Translations under genes and position numbers: made by a program
Notes under the pieces: model-generated
The model's input: only the letters and a program-made list of their open reading frames with translations
The model's database searches: none
What the model was told of the DNA's origin: nothing
In this document: positions 32,861 through 42,474 of the stretch, one piece after another
Layout of the letters: every line of letters begins with the position of its first letter
Position numbering within the stretch: the first letter of the stretch is position 1
Assembly: GCA_963777955.1 (NCBI GenBank)
Contig: CAVZSQ010000022.1
Span: 384,001-448,000, forward strand
DNA from: Calditrichia bacterium
GTDB lineage: Bacteria; Calditrichota; Calditrichia; JAJRVZ01
Direction: 5' to 3'
DNA length: 64,000 bases

Positions 32861-34201
32861 TTATTTCTCCTTGAGCAGGGCGTACCGCGTAGTATTCCGG
32901 TAATATAGTTTCAGCATGATGCCTTTTGCCGGTATACTCTTTTTCTGTGCGTCATAGATCTTTTTAAGATCATCCAGATTCAATATGCTATCCTGGTCTA
33001 TCTGTGTTATTATCTGGCCACGATATGCTTCTGCCTCATCGGCCAGGCTGCCGTTGAGTACACCGCTGATCAGGACACCTGTTTCATCGGGAAGATTAAG
33101 ATTGCGGGCAATGCGCGGGGTGATCTCCTTGACCGAAAGACCCCACCGTTCGCAAATAAATTCATTGCCATCGAATTTACCACGCTGGGAAGTGTTGAGG
33201 ATAATCTCCTTCGTGCTGCTGCCGCGCTGCAATGAAAAACCTACGGCAGATCCAACCGGAATTTCCGCAATGAACTTACGCACCCTGGGCAGTTCTTCTT
33301 TATAGACAGCACTGACGGGTGTATGATTGATCTGATATACCAGATCACCTGCCTGCAGTCCGGCTTTTTCGGCAGGTGAACCTTTTTCCACATATGATAA
33401 TAACACACCTTCGAGTTTAGGCTGATTTTTATAGTTCCTGTACTCTTTGATTTCCTGCCACTCGGTTCCGATCCATGATCTTTCCACCATTTTATCTTTT
33501 AAAATCCGCTCGATTACCAGTTTGGCAGTATTGATTGGAATGGCAAAACCAAGATTTTCTCCAAAGAAGATAGCCCGGGCATTGATACCGATTACTTCGC
33601 CGCGGAGATTCACCAGGGGGCCTCCGCTGTTGCCCGGATTAATGGCCGCATCGGTCTGGATCCACAGGTTAAACGGCGAAAGCATCTGTTCGGTATCTTC
33701 GAAGTAACGGTCGATCGAGGAAATAACACCCATGGAAAGAGAACGGCTTAAACCCAGCGGGGAACCAAGCGCCAGAACAATCTCACCCACAGCCAGACTG
33801 TCGCTATCCCCGAAGCGGGCATAGGGTATGGATTTTGATGATAATTTTGACAGATCAAGTTGTAATACCGCCAGATCGGTCAGAGCATCCAGGCCGATCA
33901 CTTCGGCCGGCACTTCTTCGCGGTTGGCCAGGGTACATTTGACCTGGTTGGCTTTCTCGGCCACATGATTGTTGGTCAGCACATGGCCCTGCGCATCGAT
34001 GATAATCCCGGAACCGGTGACCTGAACTTTAACCTTTTTACCGGCGTCATAGAATTCTTTTACCGGCTCGATATGGACCAGCGCCGGCAGTACTTTATTT
34101 TTTGCTTTGAGGATCTGGTTTTGCAGATTATCAGCAGCCAAGACCGGAAGCAGATCGAGAGCTACTATAATAATTACGAAATTTTTGAAAGATATATTCA
34201 T
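32861..34201 (-). CDS. HtrA/DegP-type serine protease with two PDZ domains
   Basis: GSGII, LTNNHV, TDLAV and IQTDAAINPGNSGGPL motifs. Confidence 0.95.
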   Translation of the reverse strand: MNISFKNFVIIIVALDLLPVLAADNLQNQILKAKNKVLPALVHIEPVKEFYDAGKKVKVQVTGSGIIIDAQGHVLTNNHVAEKANQVKCTLANREEVPAEVIGLDALTDLAVLQLDLSKLSSKSIPYARFGDSDSLAVGEIVLALGSPLGLSRSLSMGVISSIDRYFEDTEQMLSPFNLWIQTDAAINPGNSGGPLVNLRGEVIGINARAIFFGENLGFAIPINTAKLVIERILKDKMVERSWIGTEWQEIKEYRNYKNQPKLEGVLLSYVEKGSPAEKAGLQAGDLVYQINHTPVSAVYKEELPRVRKFIAEIPVGSAVGFSLQRGSSTKEIILNTSQRGKFDGNEFICERWGLSVKEITPRIARNLNLPDETGVLISGVLNGSLADEAEAYRGQIITQIDQDSILNLDDLKKIYDAQKKSIPAKGIMLKLYYRNTTRYALLKEK

Positions 34202-34252
34202 AATAATGAGTAGATCTCTTGCCCCAAACAATAGTTAAATAAAGAATAATTA

Positions 34253-34353
34253 AGATTTCTCATCCCGATCCGGCGGGTACCGGACGGGATTCGAAATGAC
34301 ATCCTTTTTCTGTCATTCCGAGCGAACCCGCGAAGCAGGTGAGTGAGGAATCT
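34253..34353. repeat. GTCATTCC-family composite palindromic repeat
   Basis: AGATTTCTCAT...GAAATGACA-spacer-TGTCATTCCGAGCG...GTGAGGAATCT. Confidence 0.75.
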
Positions 34354-34512
34354 ATTAATCATCGAATATCTCTCACTGACCGTGTACAATTTATACTAAT
34401 TTGAATTTCAATCAAAGTATTTTAAAAGAGTTATGGACAAGGTATATCTTTAATCAATAAATTCCGGCAGTGATTAAAAATTATTCTGGTTGACAGACCG
34501 GAGGAAAGAATT

Positions 34513-36315
34513 ATGAAGTATATATACACTGTTATTACCTGCCTGATCCTGTTATCTGTGGCACTGGCCGGTCCGCTGCAGCGGCCGGAGGATAAAAGCC
34601 AGATCGTAGCAGCGCGTCTGCTGCTGCCGCAGGATAAATTCCGGCGCCAGCAGAGTTTTACCATACTGATTGAAGTTGACCATCCAGGAAGGCTGGCATA
34701 TTAATTCGCACCAGCCGCTGGAAAAAAATCTGATTCCTACCGAAGCAGGTTTCCGGGAAATGCCGGGGATGACTTTCGGAAAAGTACATTACATGGAACC
34801 GGAGTTAAAAACATTTTCATTTTCCGAAACACAACTGTCGGTCTATGAGGGACAGATTTATTTTAAGGCGACTGTCACTGTCTCTCCGCAGGCGACCGAT
34901 TCTGTTTTACTGATCCGCGGTTATATTTATTACCAGGCCTGCAATGACGTTTCATGCCTGGCACCACAGACAGTTGAATTTTCACAAAATGTACCTCTGG
35001 CTGCCGATGCTGAAGCGGTACAGGCCAGGAATGAGCAATTATTTCGTATGACCTTGGCCTATTTTAAAGAAGAAGCAGTACGGGAAGGTGAACTTGAATT
35101 AGCCCGATTGGTCAGGGAAAGCGGTTGGGTATATACCCTGCTTTTTATTTTTATCGGCGGATTGGCCCTGAACCTGACACCGTGTGTCTATCCGCTGATT
35201 CCCATCACCATAAGTTATTTTGCCGGTCAGAGTACAGAACAGACGCCGCGGTCTGGTCGGACGTGCCGTGGTCTATGTTCTGGGCATGGCTATCACTTAT
35301 TCTGTACTGGGTCTGCTGGCCGCACTTACCGGGGAATTACTGGGCAGTGCACTGCAGAATCCGTGGGTCCTGATTTTTATTGCTGTGGTCCTGGTTGGCT
35401 CTGGCCCTGAGCATGTTTGGTTTGTATGAGATCCGCGTTCCGCAATCGCTGGCCTTACTGGGTGGAACAAATCGCAGCGGATATGTTGGTACACTGTTGA
35501 TGGGTCTGACCGTGGGATTGATCGCAGCGCCCTGCATCGGTCCATTTGTGCTGGGACTGCTCACCTATGTGGGTAATTTAGGAGATCCCTACATGGGTTT
35601 TCTGATGTTCTTTGTACTGGCGCTGGGACTGGGTACGCCCTTCCTGGTACTGGGTATTTTTTCCGGTGCAATCACCCGTTTGCCGCGCTCAGGGGCCTGG
35701 ATGGTCTGGGTGAGAAATTTATTCGGATTTGTCCTGATCGGCATGGCCATATATTTTTTACAACCGTTATTCCCGGGTGCAAAACTTTATCTGTACGTTC
35801 TGGCTTTACTGGTCAGCACTGGCGCGATCTATCTGGGCTGGCTGGATAGAAACAGAGGGGGTAAGATTTTTACTGTTCTGCGGAATGTTGTAGGGGTAAT
35901 TGGAATTTTGCTGGCCATCTGGTTGTTGCTGCCGGGAACAGGGGCTGCACAGACAAAAATTTCCTGGCAGGTTTATACGCCCGGGGTCATAGCGCAGGCT
36001 AAACAATCTAACCAGCCGGTAATCATTGATTTTTATGCCGATTGGTGTCTGCCCTGCAAAGAACTTGATAAGTTCACATTTTCAGATTCGCGGATTAATC
36101 AGGCTGCTGAGAATTTTGTCATGATCAAAGCTGATCTCACCAGTTTCGATTCGGCATCCGCCAATGAATTACGCACGATGTTTAATATCAAGGGGGTGCC
36201 AACTATTATTTTTCTGGCGAAGACCGGGAAAGAGATTAGCGAACTGCGTCTGGCCGGTTTTGAAGAGTCGGACAAATTTCTGCTGCGAATGAATAAAGCG
36301 GCTGTAACACAGTGA
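34513..36315 (+). CDS. dsbD: protein-disulfide reductase DsbD (DsbD-N, TM and thioredoxin domains); about three frameshifts
   Basis: GWHINS, YQACNDVSC, LTPCVYPLIP, APCIGP, LPRSGAWM and DFYADWCLPC motifs. Confidence 0.9.
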
Positions 36316-36360
36316 CCGAAGAGATTTAAAAGTTTGCGGGCTCTTAGAACTTAAACTAAT

Positions 36361-36723
36361 TTATTTGGCAAAACTGATTTTAAACTGCAGGTATTTTCCT
36401 TTTTCATGTATCTTTTCCAGTGTGGCTTTATAGGCTTTTAAGGCCTCGGTCAATTGATCACTTAAAGGCGGCAACTCAAGTTGATCGGTATACACCAGCA
36501 GACTTAACAGGAAATCGGCCATACGCAGGTCCAGTGAAATTTCCAGCGGTCGCTTGGCCACCTGGTTCAGATAATTTATAATATAATTGATGACTTTCAC
36601 CAGAGGTTTGGGATCGGCGGTATCAAAAACACATCCATCATCCAGAATAAGATTGGCGTTAAGGTTCTTAGTATCCTTGATCATATAGATTAATCTTTTT
36701 AAATCGACTGTATTTTCAGTCAT
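36361..36723 (-). CDS. hypothetical protein, possibly a degenerate HATPase_c-like fold
   Basis: DPKPLVKVINYIINY and EKGKYLQFKISF resemble the N-box helix and last strand of histidine-kinase ATPase domains. Confidence 0.5.
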   Translation of the reverse strand: MTENTVDLKRLIYMIKDTKNLNANLILDDGCVFDTADPKPLVKVINYIINYLNQVAKRPLEISLDLRMADFLLSLLVYTDQLELPPLSDQLTEALKAYKATLEKIHEKGKYLQFKISFAK

Positions 36724-36941
36724 AGTACACTCCGTGATCAATAAATGTATTGATTTTTTTCCGGTTCGCCGGCCAAAAATTGCCTAAAATACGATTGATC
36801 TTATTCAATGTGATCTAAAATAATTATGAAAGCAAAATTTAGCAAATTATAATTTGATCTTGTAACTTGAAATCGCGCTTTCTATATTTTAAACACGTAT
36901 TCGTTTTTAGCCATCGTTTGAGCAAAGCTGGAACTCCAACA

Positions 36942-37451
36942 ATGATTTTCAGATCGTTAATTGTTACTATATTGATCAGTTTCTTCCTGGCCGGCTGCGA
37001 CCACGGACTGGAACCACCTAAAGAAAACCAACGGACAGCCATCAGCGGTACAATTACTTACCAAAACTGGCCGACGGCTGACAGTTTGAAAGACCTGCGG
37101 CTGGTCGCCTTTAAAGAATATCCGCCGCTGGACATTTTTTTCGAGATCACCAGCGGGCAGGCTGTGGTCTATCCGCCGATTGCGGCTGCTGCCGGCCTGC
37201 CGATGAATAATATTGAATATTATAGTTATATAATGGATCTTCCGGCCGGGAACTATGCCTACCTGGTTGTCGCCCAGTTGTACGGCAACAATATTACTGC
37301 GGACTGGCGTGCGGTAGGCCAGTATGACACCACCGGCAGCGGTCTGGATTCTATTCCTACAGCAATCATATTGACAGAAAATCAGGTTCTGGATAGTATT
37401 GATATTCATGTCGATTTTCATAATCTGCCGTATCAGCCGTTTGGGCAATAA
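36942..37451 (+). CDS. lipoprotein upstream of a TonB-dependent receptor
   Basis: LAGC lipobox; ISGTITY beta-sandwich-like start. Confidence 0.8.
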   Translation: MIFRSLIVTILISFFLAGCDHGLEPPKENQRTAISGTITYQNWPTADSLKDLRLVAFKEYPPLDIFFEITSGQAVVYPPIAAAAGLPMNNIEYYSYIMDLPAGNYAYLVVAQLYGNNITADWRAVGQYDTTGSGLDSIPTAIILTENQVLDSIDIHVDFHNLPYQPFGQ

Positions 37452-37454
37452 TCA

Positions 37455-37526
37455 AGAGACAGAGGGACAGAGAGACAAAGAGACAAAGGGACAAAGAGAC
37501 AAAGAGACAAAGAGACAAAGAGACAA
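37455..37526 (+). repeat. nine-unit 8-mer tandem array (AGRGACAR)
   Basis: AGAGACAG AGGGACAG AGAGACAA... directly after the lipoprotein stop. Confidence 0.95.
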
Positions 37527-37570
37527 AAAAAAGATTATATTAAGAATATTTAATAATCAAGATTGTTTTT

Positions 37571-37596
37571 GTAGGGGCGCGGTAGCCGCGCCCCTA
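37571..37596. repeat. GTAG-type REP-like palindrome
   Basis: GTAGGGGCGCGGTAGCCGCGCCCCTA. Confidence 0.8.
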
Positions 37597-37644
37597 ATGC
37601 AGTGAGTATCGAATATTTTCAGATTCTGAATAAAATATAATTAA

Positions 37645-39825
37645 ATGACAACCAAAATCCGTATTCTATTTTTTCTAATCATTTTTGTTCCGGCAATCGC
37701 CCATGCCCAACCCGCCACCATCAGCGGGCGGCTTGCCGACCAGGATTCCAATCCTGTAGCCGGGGCTAATATAGTTCTGAAGGGAACGGTTCTCGGCGCC
37801 GCCAGTAATGAAGAAGGTGTCTTCCGGATTATCAATGTTCCTCCAGGCGAATTTCAATTGATCATAACTGTAATCGGTTATAAACAGGAATCCATCTCCG
37901 TACAGACTATAGCCGGTCAACATACGGAGATCGGCACCATAACACTTGCCGAAGTTGCGCTCAGTGCAGAACCCACCTTAATCACCGCCGGGCGGTATGA
38001 ACAGAAACTACAGGATATTCCGGCCAGCGTAGGTACCGTTTCCCGCCAGGAGATACAGAGCCGCAATACCATCACGATCGATAAGGCCTTACAGTATGTA
38101 CCGGGCCTTAATCTCAACCAGTCGCAATTGAACATACGCGGTTCGACAGGTTACAGCCGCGGGGTGGGCAGCCGGGTGATCATGCTGGTGGATGGTATGC
38201 CTTACCTGACCGGCGATACCCAGGAAATGATCTTCAGTGCTTTGCAGATGAATCAGATCGAGCGGATCGAGATTGTTAAAGGGGCAGGCTCGGCCTTATA
38301 TGGTTCCAGTGCCATGGGTGGGGTAGTGAACGTAATTACCAAGGATATTGCCGCTGAACCTCAGGGCAACCTGAGATTTTATGGCGGATTTTATTCTGAG
38401 CCTTATTATCCGCAATGGAAATGGACCGATCAGCGGAAGTACATGAAAGGTTTAAGTGTTAATTATTCGGCAAAAACGGGAATGCTGGGCTATATGCTGG
38501 CAGCAAATACCGATCAGGATGATAGTTATAAACAGAATGACTGGTTTAAACGTTACCAGGCCGGAGGTAAACTGCAATTCACCCTGTCACCGTATCAGCG
38601 TCTGGTAATCGCCGGAAATTATATGACTCAAAAACGGGGGAATTTTTTGTACTGGCAGGACCTGGCCCATGCTTTGATCCCGCCTGATGATCAGGTGGAT
38701 GACCGGGTGAAGTCGACGCGTTACCACCTGAATGCCGCTTATCAGCATGTGCTGGATGAGCAGAGATTTTATACAGCCCGGGTGATCTGGTTTGACAATC
38801 ATTTCGAGGATACCATCGAGGGTGCGGACGATCACCAGGGCAACAAGTCCACTTCTGATTTTCTGAACGGGGAATTCCAGTATAATCTGCAATATAAGAA
38901 TCAGCAGTGGATAGGCGGAATAGCGCTGACCTATAACCAGGTTCAGGCTAATTTATTCGGTGATCAGAGCGGTCGGGGTGCCGCCTGTTTTGTTCAGGAT
39001 GAAATAAAATGGAATCCGGCATTTTCCACTACCATCGGCTTGCGCTTTGATTATTTCGATGTGGATTCTCTCCGCGTGGAGTACAGATTCAATCCGAAAT
39101 TTGGATTGGTTTATAAACCCTGGCCGGGAACAGCGTTGCGTTCTTCGCTGGGCAGCAGTTTTCGTGCTCCCTCGATTGCCGAAGCCTTTACTTCCACTTC
39201 GGCCGGAGGATTAAGAGTCATACCCAATTTAAATCTGGATCCGGAAGAGAGTTGGTCCGCTGAACTGGGTCTGAATCAATTCCTGGGTCAACAGTTGTTT
39301 TTTGATCTGGCTCTGTTTTATTCACGGATCTGGGATTTAATCGAAGGAAAATTTGTTGAATCGGGTGATGTGCAATTCACCAATATCACCGATGCCCGCA
39401 TTGTCGGCGGGGAAATCGCATTCAACTGGGAAGTGATTAAAGATTGGCTTAACTGGCGCAGCGGTTATACCTACTGCGATCCCTGGGATTTAAGCCAGCA
39501 GAAATATCTGACCTACCGGCCCCGGCATATTTTTTATAACAACGTCACCGTACAATACCATCGTATTCAATTGAATATCGATTACCGCTTCCTCAGCCGC
39601 TATGACCAGATTGATGCTACTTTTGCCCTGATCATTCCTGATGCCGGGAAACGGGTACCCGTACATATCGTCGATTTACGCCTGTTAGTGCCCTTTAGCC
39701 TGGCCGGAATGAACCTGGAATCATCCCTGCAGATCAATAATATTTTTCAATATAATTATGTCGATCTGATCGGCTCCATCGCACCCTCCCGCAATTTTAT
39801 TCTGACAATGAATATTTCCTTCTAG
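37645..39825 (+). CDS. TonB-dependent receptor with a carboxypeptidase-regulatory-like N-terminal domain
   Basis: ISG...GANI..KGT..G; plug IERIEIVKGAGSALYGSSAMGGVVNVIT; FRAPS; terminal Phe. Confidence 0.95.
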   Translation: MTTKIRILFFLIIFVPAIAHAQPATISGRLADQDSNPVAGANIVLKGTVLGAASNEEGVFRIINVPPGEFQLIITVIGYKQESISVQTIAGQHTEIGTITLAEVALSAEPTLITAGRYEQKLQDIPASVGTVSRQEIQSRNTITIDKALQYVPGLNLNQSQLNIRGSTGYSRGVGSRVIMLVDGMPYLTGDTQEMIFSALQMNQIERIEIVKGAGSALYGSSAMGGVVNVITKDIAAEPQGNLRFYGGFYSEPYYPQWKWTDQRKYMKGLSVNYSAKTGMLGYMLAANTDQDDSYKQNDWFKRYQAGGKLQFTLSPYQRLVIAGNYMTQKRGNFLYWQDLAHALIPPDDQVDDRVKSTRYHLNAAYQHVLDEQRFYTARVIWFDNHFEDTIEGADDHQGNKSTSDFLNGEFQYNLQYKNQQWIGGIALTYNQVQANLFGDQSGRGAACFVQDEIKWNPAFSTTIGLRFDYFDVDSLRVEYRFNPKFGLVYKPWPGTALRSSLGSSFRAPSIAEAFTSTSAGGLRVIPNLNLDPEESWSAELGLNQFLGQQLFFDLALFYSRIWDLIEGKFVESGDVQFTNITDARIVGGEIAFNWEVIKDWLNWRSGYTYCDPWDLSQQKYLTYRPRHIFYNNVTVQYHRIQLNIDYRFLSRYDQIDATFALIIPDAGKRVPVHIVDLRLLVPFSLAGMNLESSLQINNIFQYNYVDLIGSIAPSRNFILTMNISF

Positions 39826-39845
39826 AACAGAATTATAAGATAATT

Positions 39846-41031
39846 TTGGATCAATTTATTCTGAACCTGCTGCAAAAACAAAAACGTAGAATAATAGGAT
39901 TACGTTCGGGCAATTCGGGTAACGGATTTGAATTAGTCGTTTTAGAAATAAGCGGCAGCGGGCTCAATACAAAATTCAAGATCTTGTATACCGGTCACCA
40001 GGTTTATCCACCCCGGCAAAAACAGTTTTTAGTACAGCTCCGGGATCCCCGGCAGCATAAGCCTCAATTAATCAAGCGGATTAATTCAGATCTGACCCGT
40101 AGCTGGGCTGAAACGATAAATGAAATGCTTACCAGGACTGCCGGTCCCAGCGCAACGATTGATGTAATCGGTCTGCTGGGCACGACTGTAAAATCCGCAG
40201 CAGCCGGACTGAATTCAGCCGCTGCAGTTGGGCGATCCGGATTTGCTGGCTCAGTTGACCGGTATAACTACCATCGCTGATTTTTATCAGGCAGGCCTGG
40301 CGGCAGCCGGCGGGCAGGGCAGGCCGCTGCTGCCATATATCGACTGGCTCCTTTTCTCACATTTGAAAAAAAATATACTGCTGGTGAATATCGGCGACCT
40401 GACCAGTTGTACTTATATCCCGGCCGATGGAGATAAATTAAAAATCCGGGCATTCGATACCGGTCCGGGCAACGGTTTACTGGATCAGTTAATGCAGCGA
40501 TTATATGAATTGCCGTTTGACCGGGACGGGGCGAAAGCCGGGTTGGGTCATTTTTCAGAGAAACTGTCCGGTTATTTACAGCAACTGGATAATTTTCCTG
40601 AACAATCTCCTGCCGAGTCATCCGTCCGGGATCAATATGGAACCGGTTTTGTCCTGTCTCTATTGCGGCAGGCCCTGCGCTGGCGAATCCCCGAACCTGA
40701 TGTAATGCATACGGCGAGCCGTTATATCAGTTTCAGAGTCTGGAAAACATGTCACGATTTTGTGCCCCGGAATCTGCAGGAAGTGGTGTTGTGCGGCAGC
40801 GGCAGTCATAATACTTTTATCCGGCAATTGTTCCGTGAATATTTTCAGCCGGTGCCGGTCAGACGGAGCAGTGATTATGATCTGCCGGAAGATTTCAGAG
40901 AGGCGATTGGTGCTGCAATACTGGCTAATGAATCAATTCAGGGTATTCCGGCCAATTTAGCAGGGCTGACCGGTGCAAGCAAAGAGGTAATATCAGGGAG
41001 GATCTGCCCGGTCAATGAAAACCGGATTTAA
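39846..41031 (+). CDS. anmK: anhydro-N-acetylmuramic acid kinase-like protein, divergent; frameshift near 40230
   Basis: ADF...AAGGQG.PL, FDTGPGN.L.D, FDRDG..A..G, EA...A.LA, TGA motifs. Confidence 0.8.
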
Positions 41032-41072
41032 CATTAACTGTAATAAAAATAATTACCAAAGCACAATTTATC

Positions 41073-41101
41073 TTGACTTTATTCTAATTGTATTTTATGT
41101 T
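41073..41101 (+). promoter_or_regulatory. sigma70-type promoter for the fadL-lipase pair
   Basis: TTGACT-N17-TATGTT. Confidence 0.5.
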
Positions 41102-41199
41102 TTACCGCACATTCGCGTTAATTTACCGACCCATTTTAATCTTTAGCATTGTAACTAAACAAATAGCAGGTAAGGTTATTTAATTTAGCAGGAGGATTT

Positions 41200-42456
41200 A
41201 TGCACAAAAAGTTGATGGTAGGGATTTTTATACTTCTGGTTAGTGTGTCCCTGGTCTTTGGTGATGGTTTTTCTATTTATGAACATGGAGCGAAGAGCAT
41301 GGCGTTATGCGGGGCTTTCACTGCCCAGGCAGATGATGCTACGGCTGTATTTTTTAATCCCGCCGGTATCACTCAATTAAGCGGGTGGAATTTTGCTTTC
41401 ACCGGGACCTATATTATTCCCAAGGCATCTTTCACCGGACCGCTTTCGGTGGATCCAAATCTGTATCAGGAAGCCAAAGCCTGGAATTTCTTTGTTCCAA
41501 GTCTTTATGCTACCTACGCCTACACCGAAGATCTTAGTTTTGGTCTTGGTTTTTTTGTCCCTTTTGGGCTCGGTACTGACTGGGGTGAAAATTGGGTGGG
41601 CAAAAGTCTGGCCACAAAATCTGAAGTTCAGACATATTTTTTCAATTTGAATGTTGCTTATCGTATCCTTCCGGGTCTATCGCTGGCTGCCGGCGTCGAT
41701 TACGTTATGTCCAATATCACATTAAACCGGCAGGCTTTATTTACACCACGTGACATGTGGGGTTCAGTGGAATTGACAGGCGATGCTGCCAGCAGCTGGG
41801 GATATAATGCGGCACTCCATTATCAGATAAATGAAATGCTATCCTTAGGCGCAAGTTTTCGCAGTGAAGTAAAACTGGATATCGACGGTACGGCCAAATT
41901 TGATTTTCCCTCGGTCAATCCAGTGGTCGATGCTGAAATTGCTGCTCTGTTTCCGGAAAGTAAAGGCAAAGCCGAGATCACTCTTCCTACTTTTCTGATT
42001 GTGGGAGCGGCTTTGAAACCGTTCGAAGCATTGACCGTGGAAGCGGACTGGTTCCTGATCGGCTGGAAGTCTTATGATGAACTGGCGGTCGACTTTGATA
42101 CTGAAACTGCTGCAGTCAAGGATGAATCTTCGCCTAAAAAATGGCACAATGGTTATAGCGTGCGTTTGGGCGCAGAATATCGCTGGAATGAAAAATTAGC
42201 TATACGCATGGGCGTCGATCGTGATCTTGATCCGGCTCCGGACAAGTATGTGGATCCATCACTACCCGGAGCAGATCGCTGGTTGTTCAGCATCGGTGCC
42301 GGATATAAACTTAATGAGAAAATGACAGTCGATGCCGGTTATATGTTCCTGAGCCAGGACGACCGCACGATTACGGATTCAGATATCGATTTCAACGGGA
42401 CCTACAAGAGTATTGCACATCTGATGACGCTCACTCTGAGTTATTCGCTTAAATAG
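41200..42456 (+). CDS. fadL: OmpP1/FadL long-chain fatty-acid outer-membrane transporter
   Basis: GF...E.G....A..GA..A.ADDA.A.FFNPAG, PFGL.TDW and LPGADR motifs. Confidence 0.9.
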   Translation: MHKKLMVGIFILLVSVSLVFGDGFSIYEHGAKSMALCGAFTAQADDATAVFFNPAGITQLSGWNFAFTGTYIIPKASFTGPLSVDPNLYQEAKAWNFFVPSLYATYAYTEDLSFGLGFFVPFGLGTDWGENWVGKSLATKSEVQTYFFNLNVAYRILPGLSLAAGVDYVMSNITLNRQALFTPRDMWGSVELTGDAASSWGYNAALHYQINEMLSLGASFRSEVKLDIDGTAKFDFPSVNPVVDAEIAALFPESKGKAEITLPTFLIVGAALKPFEALTVEADWFLIGWKSYDELAVDFDTETAAVKDESSPKKWHNGYSVRLGAEYRWNEKLAIRMGVDRDLDPAPDKYVDPSLPGADRWLFSIGAGYKLNEKMTVDAGYMFLSQDDRTITDSDIDFNGTYKSIAHLMTLTLSYSLK

Positions 42457-42474
42457 AGAAAAAGGAGAGCTGCC

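Noticed and set aside
37399..37605. 68-aa ORF with QRDKETK repeats
   Set aside because: It is a translation of the 8-mer DNA array and a REP palindrome, with no sign of being a gene.
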